Shown: one piece after another, positions 14,567-26,892 of the stretch
Position numbering within the stretch: the stretch's first letter is position 1
Layout of the letters: each line of letters begins with the position of its first letter
Assembly (NCBI GenBank): GCA_964016885.1
Contig: OZ024747.1
Span: 48,422,001-48,486,000 of the forward strand
Length of the DNA: 64,000 nt
Source: Eledone cirrhosa
Taxonomy: Eukaryota
Direction: 5' to 3'
Translations under genes and position numbers: made by a program
Notes under the pieces: generated by a model
What the model was told of the DNA's origin: nothing
The model's database searches: none
What the model saw: only the letters and a program-made list of their open reading frames with translations

Positions 14567-14764
14567 CGAAGGAAATGTGGTAAGGAACCAGGTGGACCAT
14601 AACGCACCAAAGTACTCAATACTTGAGGTAGTAGAGTGGGTAATAGGAACCAGTAGGACCCCGACAGCTGAGCTCAAGCCGTTTCGACGGCTAATTATGG
14701 ACCAATTAGCCGAATTAGCCGTCGAAACGGCTTGAGCTCAGCTGTCGGGGTCCTACTGGTTCCT
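14563..14764 (-). mobile_element. Family B fold-back copy between (TA)n tracts
   Basis: Tail 14563-14642, sense arm, then inverted arm ending ..ttcc(TA)n; contains the 3' half of an HHR (GAAA-cggc..gctg-TC). Confidence 0.75.
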
Positions 14765-15045
14765 ATATATATATATATATATATATATCCAAAATTAAAT
14801 TAAGGGTTGTCATATCCGAGAGACATGCGCCATATCCACTGTAGAATAAGCTCAAAGATTCCAATGAATAGATTCGAGCATTTCATATCAACTAGAAATA
14901 CTTAAAGAAATATATACAAAGGAGATTAATCATTTTAACAGGGGTATCTATATTTGAAGTTCTAGTTAAACTTTAATTGGTTACCTACCTAGCTATGTGT
15001 GCTTACATTCTTTACAAATGATTCCCTGTGATTGTTCCATATGAT

Positions 15046-15198
<153 letters not shown>

Positions 15199-15343
15199 TA
15201 TGAGTATTGAAATATGTATTGGAAATGTACGAAATGGTATCGTATATCAAATACACTATTATGTATGTGTGTATGTATGTATGCATGTATGTATATTATA
15301 TGTATCTGTCTCTGTCTCTCTCTTTATTTCTTTCTCTCTCTCT

Positions 15344-15383
<40 letters not shown>

Positions 15384-15429
15384 AACTAAAATAAATAAGT
15401 CAAATATTTAAAATTTGGCTTCGTTTATT

Positions 15430-15484
15430 ACTGCTATATATATTTCGGTGACAGCCATCTTTGGCTGTGACCTCTTCAGGCAGT
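15430..15484 (-). ncRNA. Type I hammerhead ribozyme (family C, inverted arm)
   Basis: Reverse complement of 15703-15757. Confidence 0.8.
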
Positions 15485-15702
15485 CCGAATTAGTGTGGTA
15501 GAGACGAGTACACATGTTGTTGAGGTGTTTAACTTTGTCAATACTCTGGTATGCCCAGTTCCTGGTTGTTATTTCACTGGGGAACATATGATTCCAGTTC
15601 CCCAGTGAAATAACAACCCAACCAGGAACTGGGCATATCAGAGTATTGACAAAGTTAAACACCTCAACACCAGGTGTACTCGTCTCTACCACACTAATTC
15701 GG

Positions 15703-15757
15703 ACTGCCTGAAGAGGTCACAGCCAAAGATGGCTGTCACCGAAATATATATAGCAGT
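15703..15757 (+). ncRNA. Type I hammerhead ribozyme (family C)
   Basis: actgc-CTGAAGA-ggt c acagcca aaga tggctgt c acc-GAAA-tatata-TA-gcagt-AATAAA. Confidence 0.82.
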
Positions 15758-15903
15758 AATAAACGAAGCCAAATTTTAAATATTTGACTTATTTATTTTA
15801 GTTTATTTTACATTACTCCGGAGTAACCAAACCAACCTGCGCACTTCGTCGAGTGCTCCAATCTGCATACTAAGGTGTTGGTATTCAACCACCATATACT
15901 CAA

Positions 15904-15992
<89 letters not shown>

Positions 15993-16308
15993 CCTTTCAT
16001 GCCACTATATACTGTTTGGTGCGCGTGTTTTCGTTCTATCACCATGTTCTTTATTCAGTTGCCTTTAGACGCGTTGGCTATACTTTCTTTACACCTGTTG
16101 ATAAGCGCTGAGAAGGTATGGTACCAGAACTTAGGCAAAACATTCTCTTTGGGAATGCCCAGGTGGGTTTTTCACAATTCAATTTTACCTCTTGATTATT
16201 ATTTATTTTCTCCACTTTTCTCAGACCTTATATCCTTCATTATAGTGGTTCTCTACTCCTTGTAAATGAAAACATAACCCATTTTTGTGTTTTCTTCTCT
16301 ATATTCTG

Positions 16309-16428
<120 letters not shown>

Positions 16429-16437
16429 TATATATAT

Positions 16438-16500
<63 letters not shown>

Positions 16501-16513
16501 TATATATATATAT

Positions 16514-16630
<117 letters not shown>

Positions 16631-16773
16631 TATATGAGCTTTTCGAATATTAATAACAACATTCGATTCGTTTGCAATTATGCAAACAAGCCTCATTTTT
16701 AAAGCCATGTCACTGTATATTTTAGAAAATAGCAAATATTTTCACTAGCTCTGACAGTTGGCAGGCGAACAGT

Positions 16774-16823
16774 GAGCTGTACTGATGAAGGGTGATATCC
16801 AGAAACATTAATGTCTGCAGTTC
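16774..16823 (+). ncRNA. Type I hammerhead ribozyme
   Basis: gagctgta-CTGATGA-a gggt gat atcc a-GAAA-cattaatg-TC-tgcagttc; palindromic helix III. Confidence 0.8.
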
Positions 16824-16895
16824 TGTTTACATGCCAACACAAGAGCAAGAATGAAGGGTTCAATATATATGTATATATATATATATATATATATA

Positions 16896-17157
16896 GTAAT
16901 AATAATAAACTTGAAGACTAACATCCAAAGAGGGCTCGATAAGGATAAATATATATCAAATATATAAGAACCGTAGAGCAAATATTTATTAAAATAACAG
17001 ATTAAAGTTTAAGCAAAGAATCGCTGCTTCATCCGGTTGCAACGTTTTTTTGAAATATTCACTTCTGCGTTCACAGATTGACTTTGTTAGTTTCAGAAGA
17101 TCCCGTTAAGGGTGAAAGCAGCGATTCTTTGCTTAAACTTTAATCTGTTATTTTAAT
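16896..17157. mobile_element. Family A fold-back copy with CAGAAGA hammerhead (17089-17139, +)
   Basis: Minus-oriented 3' end at 16896-17029 joined to a plus-oriented piece: agttt-CAGAAGA-t ccc gttaa ggg t-GAAA-gcag..ttgc-TT-aaact. Confidence 0.75.
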
Positions 17158-17169
17158 ATATATATATAA

Positions 17170-17427
17170 ATTTTGAGTATATATTGGCTGTATACCAGCA
17201 CCTCAGTATGCAGAGTGGAGCACTCGACGAAGTGCGCAGTTTGGTCTGGTTACTCCGGAGTAATGTAAAATAAAATAAAATAAAATAAATAAGTCAAATG
17301 TTTAAAATTTGGCTTCGTTTATTCGGACTGCCTGAAGAGATCACAGCCAAAGATGGCTGTCACCGAAATATATATAGCAGTAATAAACGAAGCCAAATTT
17401 TAAACATTTGACTTATTTATTTTATTT

Positions 17428-17434
<7 letters not shown>
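17170..17434 (-). mobile_element. Family C second copy with hammerhead in the inverted arm (17327-17381, +)
   Basis: Tail homologous to 15811-15905; inverted arm ends at the same ttatttta|TA point as 15377. Confidence 0.8.
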
Positions 17435-17479
<45 letters not shown>

Positions 17480-17997
17480 TTATATTATACACAAATATAC
17501 ATGCACGTAGGTACGATACGTCAAATAAAATCCTAATTGAGAATATGCACAGAAATTGAAGAGAGACTGTGTTACACTCTCTTCTGTAATCAGTAAAGTT
17601 ATCCATGATACATTTAAAAAAGACGATATTATATATAAACTATTACGGTGAAATGTAATGAAAGCGATAAAGGAGAAAATTAGCGACGGAAATATAAACG
17701 TTATGATGCAAATATCTGAATGTTTATATAAGCGATGTGATACAGCGGACGGCGAAGTGTTATGATATAACGGACGCTAACCGGAAGTGTTGACATTTGA
17801 AAATTTTAAAAGAAGTGAATCTTAAAATATGCAACACATTATATATAAGAATATTTATGTTTAATTAAGAGCTACAACATTTAGTAGATAAATTACATGA
17901 TTTATTCAAAGTAATCCAACTTATTTTAATAACGTGTTCAGAAAAAATATCCCTAACACAGTCTCGCAGTCTTCCAATCATTATATATTAGATGGTA

Positions 17998-18186
17998 GGG
18001 CGGTCGATTGGCAGTATCGGTAGAGGGTTGGACGCCATGCTTTCCAGCATACTTACGTCCCTTTAAGATCTGAGTTCAAATCCCGCCGAGGTTGACTTTG
18101 CCTTTTATCCTTACGGGGTCGATAAAATAAAGTACCAGTAATGCACTGGGTAATTGCTGGCCTTGTGCCTAAAGTAGAAACAATTA
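17998..18186 (+). mobile_element. tRNA-derived SINE (first of tandem pair)
   Basis: Same family as 3690. Confidence 0.88.
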
Positions 18187-18207
18187 TATATTAGATGGTA
18201 AATTAGA

Positions 18208-18398
18208 GGCCGGTGGATTGGCAGTATCGGTAGAGGGTCGGACACCATGCTTTGTAGCCTAGAGTTACGGCCCTTTATGATCTGAGTTCAAATCCCGCCG
18301 AGGTTAACTTTGCCTTTCATCCTTACGGGGTCGATAAAATAAAGTACCAATAATGCACTGGGTAATTGCTGGCCTTGTGCCTAAAGTAGAAACAATTA
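18208..18398 (+). mobile_element. tRNA-derived SINE (second of tandem pair)
   Basis: Same family; attatatattagatggta occurs before, between and after the pair. Confidence 0.88.
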
Positions 18399-18879
18399 TA
18401 TATTAGATGGTAAACTGTATTGTTCTCCTTACCTTTATTTTTAGTATAAACAACAGGTGTAAAAGCAAAGAAGAATAGAAGAACGAAAAACAGATACTCC
18501 GGGAAAAAGAATCCCCAAGTAATTTATAAGTTCTTCGTGAACGGGAACTGTTGGCATGAGGAAAAAGGGACAGTTTCCAAATTCGCTCATAGATCAGACA
18601 CGTCTTATATAATGGCAATATATGATCAATCATAATCTGAGATTGTAGACATAAAGTAAGATCGGTCTTATATAAGAGCTCTAATGTGAAGAGTTTCAGT
18701 CTGAGATAAGTTAAGTGAATTATGATAACAGATAAGAATTATTTTAGAGTAATTTAGGATATTTGAATTTAGCTAAAAATTGTATTTTATCTTTACAAAT
18801 ATAAAAGCCAGTTCTGTCTTCAGTCACCAACCACCACCAACCACCACCACCAACCACCACCACCACCACCACCACCACC

Positions 18880-18964
<85 letters not shown>

Positions 18965-19069
18965 TAACAAAAAAAGTACGAAAGTGGAAATAAAAAAATT
19001 TTAAATGTCGGGTTCAATTTTGTAATTCATAGATTTTAATTTTTGGTGTTGGATGGTGGTCTGGGAGGA

Positions 19070-19560
19070 GTGTCTCCCAGCAGAATCGGCAAGGGTGCAG
19101 GACAAAAATATTTTGGCGGTATTTTACATTCTGAGATGAAACTCGCATTATTAGCACATCCCCCCCCAACCCTCATGCCGAGGTCAACCTTGCCTTTCAT
19201 CTTTCTGAGGTCTATGAAATAATGTACCAGTAAAGTACTGGTGTCGACATAAATGACTTTCCGTTCCCATAAAATTGCTGACCTTGTATGATAGAGTAGG
19301 AGTATCGGTAGAGCATCAGACAAAATACTTTGCGGTATTTATTTACGACTTTCTATGTTCTGGGTTAACCCAGGCCCATTTTTCCGGGGTCGATGAAATA
19401 AAGGATCATTTAAGTACTAGTGTCGATAAAATCGACTTTTTCTTTCCCCCAAATTGCTGACCTTATACGAATGTTAGAAAAAATTATTAGCGCAGCTCCC
19501 TAATCAACTGAGCTAGTCTGGTAGAACCGTTAGAGTACCGGACAAATTACTTAAAGGTAT
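19070..19560 (+). mobile_element. Cluster of old SINE copies
   Basis: Degenerate gccgaggtcaaccttgcctttcatc..aaataa..taccagt bodies. Confidence 0.55.
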
Positions 19561-19599
19561 TTGTTGCTAAAGATCCTAGTATGGCTGCGAAATCTGAAC

Positions 19600-19980
19600 A
19601 TGGCAAACCACCATATTTATCAAACTGATGTCGTTTAAGAGAAGATGCTACAGGCGGGCACATCAGCTGGATGGACCCGCAAACAAACGAGTCGGTACTG
19701 GAGGAGATATGAACAGAGAGGCAATTAGTCGCGACCATAAAGAAGCGAAAACTGCAGTATTTTAGGCATGAGGGTTCAAATCCTCTGTACCCACATCCCA
19801 GAGAGACGCATCAATGGCAAGAGATCGAGAGGATGACCAAAGCGATGCAGAAATGATGATATCAAAGATTGGACACGGAGAACGCTAGCAGAGTGCTCGG
19901 TGGTGACAAGGGTGAGGAGCCAATATAGAGCACTGGTTCAACTGTCAATGGTCTCCGACATTAAGCAATAAGGAAGAGAC
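19600..19980 (+). pseudogene. 3' fragment of an RTE-type LINE
   Basis: Decayed CYRR..ISW..R.TNESVLEEI.TERQLVATIKKRKLQYF.H...INGKRSRG.PKR...DDIKDWT. Confidence 0.65.
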
Positions 19981-21239
19981 CAGACCATTTGTTCCGGCTA
20001 TTTACGTTCTCAAATCCCGCCGGAGATCAACTTTTCCTTTCTTTCTCTCAGGGTCACCTACTCGAGTCCATTTAATCAACTTTCCCTTCTCCCAAATCGA
20101 TGACCTTTTACTTAAATTAAAAGCCATTCTGCGTTCAAATCTTTTCGAAATCAGAGGCCGAGATATTTCCACCCATGCTGGGCTTTATACATATTAGCAA
20201 GGGATGTCCATCAAAGTTCCTCTACAGAATTAATTAGGAACAACTGGTTGCCGCTCACCTTTTGTTTCTGAATTCTGTTTGGGGATTCACTATAACATCT
20301 GCTAATTTTGCCGATCCATTACCATGTAATTTTTAATTGTTTTTGCTTTTCCTTTTTTTTTCCAGATCCCATTTTTGATCCGGCCACCATCTTACAACAA
20401 TGTTATCTGGTACTTTAATCACTCTCCTCTCTTTACTGCTTGTTCTACCTAACATGGAGGCTGCTACAGTTCCGGTGTTGCAGAACAGTGCTGCAACAAC
20501 AGCAAATGGAACACAAGTAGGTGTCTAATAAAACCAAGTTTAATATAGAGCTGTATGGTTAAGGAGTTTGCGCCGCAACCAAATGCTTTCGGGTTCATTC
20601 TCATTGCGTAGCATCTTGGGCAAGTGTTTGTTATTAAAGTTTCGAGTTGGTTAATTCTTTGTGAGGGATATTTGGTAGACGGAAACTGCAGAAGCACGTC
20701 ATGTATATTTGTAATAAAGTTCATATATATATCTGTCAAAGTAGGAAATAACTAAACTAAAATGAAAAAATAATAATAATAAAGCACCAAGCGCACGTTT
20801 CTCATTGATAACGTTACTCCATTTATTCACACAGCAATATATTTTGAAACACTTTGTACCTAAATTCAAAAAATTATTTGAAGTAGAAAGGCTTTTTGTA
20901 ATTTTAATTATCTATATTTCTACCTTATGCTAAGAGGTATAACTATAGATAATTAAAAATAAAGAAAAACCATTACTATTTCGCAGTTGTGCAGCATAAT
21001 TACAAAATGTTTTCGCAGCTGAGAAGGGACTTTAGCAGTTGCTGCTCTTGCAGGGTGAGGTGCCAATGGCTGTCATCGGGTAAAGTGGAACATTGGTGTC
21101 CATTGATGGTTCTCAGATCTTGGAAAGATTGTGGTCCTCTAACCTCGAACAGTAACAATGACGATAAACCGTCTGTGCTTTCGTGAAATAAATAGATTTT
21201 TGTTTTTGTGTATGCAAAAATATCTGTACACGAATATAT

Positions 21240-21352
21240 ATATTAAAATAACTGATAAAAGTTTAAGCAAAGGCTTTCACCCGTAACGGGATCTTATGAA
21301 ACTAAAAAAAATCAATCTGTGAACGCAGAAGTAAATATTTTGAAAAACGTTA
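21240..21352 (-). mobile_element. Family A fragment with degenerate HHR (21260-21303)
   Basis: Reverse complement agttt cataaga tcccgttacgggt gaaa gc..gc tt aaact. Confidence 0.6.
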
Positions 21353-21990
21353 TCTATTCTCCACTGGCACGCAGCTAGACAACCATAGCCTGCGAATCGG
21401 CGTTTCCCTGAGGCTCGGCCTCCGGATCTGCCAGCCACACCAATGTCGTTGCGGTTCCACCGTGGACTCTTTCGGCCTCCACCCGCTTTCCTGTCGCCAC
21501 AGTGCCGGCCGCATTCCACGCCATGCTGCCCTCAACGAGGTCATTAAACATGGCTTGGACGCTGCAGGCTTCCCTTCCCTGCTCGAGCCGGTGGGACTGG
21601 ATCGAGGGGACGGCAAAAGGCCAGATGAAATGACCATCTTCCGGTTCCGCGGTGGCAAACCCCTCGTCTGGGATGCCACTTGTACCGACACTTTCTGCAG
21701 CCGCAACCTGGTGCAGTCTGCGACTGACCCAGGTTCTGCTGCACGTCGGGCTGAGGGGGCCAAACTCCTCAAATACCAGTCGCTCTTCGACAGGTTTGCG
21801 GTCGTACCCCTGGCAGTGGAGACTTCTGGTGTCCTCGGCCCCAGGGCTACCTCCTTACTCACCACCACAGGCGCTGAGCTGGCCAACCGCAGGTGTGAGC
21901 CCCGCGAGTTGGAGTGGCTTTTCCAGCGCGTCTCGCCGTTCGCCGGGGAAACGCCTTCTCCATTCTGTCCGCCGGGACTGTGGATGGGCC
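21353..21990 (+). pseudogene. CRE-like non-LTR retrotransposon 3' fragment (zinc knuckle + restriction-like endonuclease)
   Basis: HPLSC..GRIPRHAALN..LEPVGL.RGDGKRPD..WDATC.DT..AEGAKLLKY..PLAVETSG. Confidence 0.8.
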
Positions 21991-22518
21991 CCATCACGTA
22001 CCGTTGTAGTTGTTGTATACAGATATTAACTCATCAATCCCATTGTCCTAATCCGTAATATTGTTTAGTTAATAACTTCAGATTTAAGAATAATGTAAAT
22101 AAATTACAGAGGTTATTGAAATCAACAATAATTAAATATATACATGCACGCATCCAAATACGTACATACACATGTATACGTTTCATATATATGTATAGAT
22201 GTATAGATTGTTATCTATATTATAAGGGCGCTACGTTATAGCTATGTATCTATCTAAAAAGACAGACTAAGAAAAAGAGGGGAATGTTGTGCGACGTGAT
22301 AAGAAAACGTGAGGAATGTCGTATAACCGGAAGTGTTGACATTTGAAATTTTAAAGAAGTAAATATTTAATTAATGTCTTTAATCTTTCAACAAAATTCA
22401 GTAGACAAAAATACCCTCACTTTTTTACTTGGATAAAGTTACATCTATGGTGCAAATTTGGTGCTATTTGCTCCAGGGTTTGGCGAACAGTTTGTTACAT
22501 ACATACGGCCGTCAGCTT

Positions 22519-22573
<55 letters not shown>

Positions 22574-23008
22574 GAACAAAAGGGCGACGATGGTTGCCGA
22601 ACACTGTACGGCTTAATTCCGGCTATTTGTTTACAAACAAACGGAACATTATAATAAATGTTCGGTAAACCCATACGTACATATATATATGTGTGCATGT
22701 ATGTATATATATACATATACTGTACGTCTGTATACATATATGTATGTACGTTTACATACTTACATTTAAGTATCAGCTGTACTAAGAGTGAGAAATGAAA
22801 TTTCATTTCATTCTTTTCCATATATATATATATACAATAAAAAGAAATACACAGATACATGCGAATACATACATATACATGCATATACACACATATATCC
22901 CTGATCTTGATAAGTTAGCAAACCTCATAAAAATACTGCATCTCTATGATGTAATGTTTTTGCATAGTAGCCACGAAATTGCGCAGTCGGGGATGTCGAT
23001 GAATATTG

Positions 23009-23095
<87 letters not shown>

Positions 23096-23860
23096 TATGT
23101 CTAATGTTTCTTCTTTCTTTACAATGTATTATATATATATATATATATACATACATATTGTATATATTACACATGTATATTTTATATATGTATTACATAT
23201 ATATATATATATTTATATAAAACATATATATATACACATTGTATATATTACACATGTATATTATATATTACACACATATATATATATCATATAAGAAGTT
23301 GGTTAGAAGTTGTCTAATAAATCTTGTTCGTCGCACCACTGATTCTCCGTTTGTTATGTGATATTATACTCTGCTCTGTAAGAGCATCGAGTGCTCAAAT
23401 GGCCTACCTCTTACGGACGCTTTAAACATCCCACACCAATTATATATATATATATGTATGAATAATTGATCTCTCTCCCACACACATACACACACGCACA
23501 CACATATTCATATGTTCATTCAAACACATACACATATTTAAAACGAATTAAATAATTCAAAGAAAATATATTGAAGAAAATTGGTGGTAGTTAGAAAGCG
23601 TCAGTAGCTTAATTTGTCCTCCATCTTGTACGTTTGATATATATCACGACCAGTTAGCTTAATTTAATGTATTTAACCCTATACTGTATATTGTGCGGGT
23701 TACACATAACAGCATCTGGCATGTTTATTTAGAAGTTTGTTTTGGGTTTAATGTATGGAATTTATGGCTCAGTGCGATTATAAACTCATTCCATATTTTC
23801 AAGTGATCGTTTGGGGAAATTTTCTTTGTAACGTTAGACACATGAACTTCTTTGTATATG

Positions 23861-23936
<76 letters not shown>

Positions 23937-23955
23937 TACATATTTATATATATAT

Positions 23956-24421
23956 TAGGATTGGTGCTCTGAAATAGCGATGTATACATGAATATATGTA
24001 TAGTATATTTGGTCATACACCGTATGTTTAATTAAAAACATTTTGAAGACCTTGCGCTATCCTTTTAAAGTAGTGACTATGTCACTTACTTCTTTTTTCG
24101 GCAAAGGAAGGGAGAGGAGCTGACAGATTCTGTTTCACACTGCTGGTGTTCCTCAGAGCAACGTACTTCCGGCTCTGCCGAAAATTATAGAGGCTGGATT
24201 ATTATAGAATTCCAGTAATAATCAGGAACTGATTATACAGAGCGATTGACGGTCCAGCAAAAATTAAAAATTAGGATTGGTGCTCTGAAACAGCGATGTA
24301 TACATGAATATATGTATAGTATATTTGGTAATATACTATATGTTTAATTAAAAACAGTTTGAAGACCTTGCGCTATCATTTTAAAGTAGTAACTATGTCA
24401 CTTACTTCTTTTTTCGGCAAA
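23956..24421 (-). mobile_element. Family D partial tandem (23956-24272 and 24273-24421)
   Basis: ttaggattggtgctctgaaa..gtcacttacttcttttttcggcaaa repeated directly; homologous to 56502-57015 and 61945-62250. Confidence 0.8.
24119..24159 (-). ncRNA. Type I hammerhead ribozyme (family D, canonical C3-G8 core)
   Basis: gct-CTGAGGA-acac cagca gtgt-GAAA-cag aat ctg-TC-agc. Confidence 0.8.
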
Positions 24422-26892
24422 ATTGATCAGGGCCCCACCCGTGTCAGGTTCCTTCACCACCCTCTCTATGATGTATCGCACGAGATGGAGGTTGTCGTGG
24501 ATGGATCTGTCCGGAATGGCGCATATCTGCGCCTCTCCCACCAGATCACCGACGACAAACGCCAATCTCTTTGCTAACACCTTTATCAAAATCTTAAACT
24601 TTGCATTTAGCAGAGTTATGGGCCCGAAGTTATCTATAACTTTCCCCTTGTTCGGGTCTTTTCTCAGCAGCACCACCGCTCCCCGACTCACAAAACTCGG
24701 AATGCTCTCGTTCTGCTGCCAGATGCAGTAGACATCTGCCAAGAGGTCGCCGAACAAGCCTGGCATATACGCATAAAGCTCTTAGGGCAGACCATCCAAA
24801 CCTGGCGATTTACCCCTCGTGCAGTCAGACATCGGCCTTTCGCAGCACTGCGCTGCGGTCGTCGAGAGCCGCGGCAGTCCGTCGAGGTATGCATCGAAGT
24901 CCATACTCCGATCTGGCCCGCCGACGCTCCCGAACGATTGAGCAAAGTGCTGTTGAAAAGCCGCACACGTCTGCTCGGGTTCGAGCAACAAGCGCCCGTT
25001 TTAATCAGGCAAATACCGAATTGTGGACTTGTTGCCACGTCGTGCCTCCACCACCCGGGCCCATTGAACGGATTTCGACCCCGTGTCTTAGAGCAGGCGC
25101 TCTAGCTCTGACAACGCAGCCTTCATGCTTTGCGTTGAAGAATTGGTCGAGTGCCAATCTTGCCGCAAGCACGTCCGTTGCGATGCCTGTACTAAACGCC
25201 TCTTCTAGCTTTCTAACTAACTCTCCTTCTACTCTATTTTCCTCTATCATTACTCCTTTGCTAAACCTTATCGATTCTACTCTAATTGCCCTTTTCAGGG
25301 TAAACCACCACCTGTTGTTGACGATCGCACCCGTCAACGTACGCTTAACTAATTTGATAATCTGGTCTCTGTAAACTCTGCGCGCCGGGAACGACGCGTT
25401 CAGATTCCAGTAGCCGGGCTCTTGCGAGTCTATCTTAGTCAACTTCACAGATCACAAATTTGTGGTCACTGTAGTCGACTACTTTAAATTGTGGACAACC
25501 TAAACTAGCCTTATCTGTTTCCCTACAGAATACCCTATCTAAATACGATCTGGATGACCCGATGCGGTTTGCCCATGTCCACATTGGCACATTCGGATAA
25601 TCCAGTCTATACCTCTCAGACAGTTCAAAACGTCTGAGCAGGTTGTTGAGGCTTTTAAACTCTCCTGCCCTATCCACTAGTCCCACCTATTCCCAGCGTA
25701 CATCTAAGATACCGTTCCAGTTGCCCACTAACACTAAAGAGCGGGACGTTCCAAGAAAGGTCTCTAGACGTCAAGAAAGGTCTCTGGCCGTCCTGCCCCT
25801 ATTGGGGGGCAGACGGCTACTAGCCTGAAAGCATTGCCTTCGTTGCCGGTCGCATCCAGCACCACCGACTTACCTTCTGGGTCCAGGAAGATGGCCCGTA
25901 TGGCGAGATCCAAGCCTCTCCGAAAAAGCACGGCAACCCCTCCCCCCGATCCTGGACGGCTGGGAGATGCGTATACATCGCAGCCGCCGAGGATCGATGC
26001 GAAGGCTCGTGCTTCGGAGATTCTGGTCTCGTTGATGGCCACCACATCTATGTTTAATGACCTGAGGTCGTTGAGCAGGTGACCCTGCTTCCAAAACGAC
26101 CCCAGGCCACATACTTTTATACTGCCTATTCTAAGTACGTCCATGTTGGATGAGAAACGGGGTAAGTGAGAAAGGATCACTTACCTTGATCGTGTGGTGA
26201 AGGGACAGTAGAACCGTCTCTTTGGTTGGTCATGGGTGTTTGCAAGAGGATGTCGGTGTATATCCTCTTGGTAACCGACCCTCTGAAATCTCCAACTGCG
26301 TTGGAGAATTTTTCTGTTAATAGTTTGTAATGTTCTATTTTGATTTCAATGATGTTTATGTTTTTTGGGAGAGTTCTTGGTGTTGGTGGGGTGTAGTAAT
26401 TTTTTTCTGTGATGTCTGTTTGCTGCTTTATATGTTGTAAGAGTTCTTTATTTGCCATGTTTATGGCTGTGTACTTTTTAGGGGGAGGGGTGATTTTGTT
26501 TCTGTTTTCTTGTTGCTGTTGGGTGTGTGTGTTTTGTTGTGTTTGCGATGTTGGTGTTTTTGGTGGTGTGGTTGTTGTTGGTGGTGATGCTTGTGGTGGT
26601 GATGGTGATGGTAGTGGTATTGCTGCAAGGCTCCTTGCAGCCTTTACCCCTCTTTGTTTGCCTTCGCCTTTGGAGGGTGAAGCTAAGGGGTTTTTGATTT
26701 TTGTTTTTTTGTGGCAGACCGTTTGCTACTTCCCTCCCGCCTCATACTCCATGTCGGATTCTGTGGCGTCTGGGAGGGGTATGAGCTCCACTGCTGTTGG
26801 TGGTGGTAGTGGAGCCCGCTCCGGCGATTTTGCCGCCGGTGTAGCTGCTGTGACTGTTGGCGTTGCCGCCACTGCTGCCGCTGTTTTAGTTG
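24422..26892 (-). mobile_element. Tx1/L1-clade LINE fragment (ORF1 C-terminus, APE endonuclease, start of RT), frameshifted
   Basis: IDVVAINETR, SRSYLDRV, SDHK, GYWNLNAS, KSPGLDGLP, NF.PITLLN..FKIL, IHDNLHLVR. Confidence 0.9.

Larger units (their letters stand above)
15377..15905 (+). mobile_element. Family C fold-back element: ~210-bp inverted repeats plus ~95-bp unpaired tail
   Basis: 15377-15585 is the reverse complement of 15597-15810; flanked by (TA)n. Confidence 0.85.

Noticed and set aside
17779-22370. Shared 40-bp motif aaccggaagtgttgacatttgaaa at 17779 and 22326
   Set aside because: Clearly a dispersed repeat fragment, but its boundaries and class could not be determined
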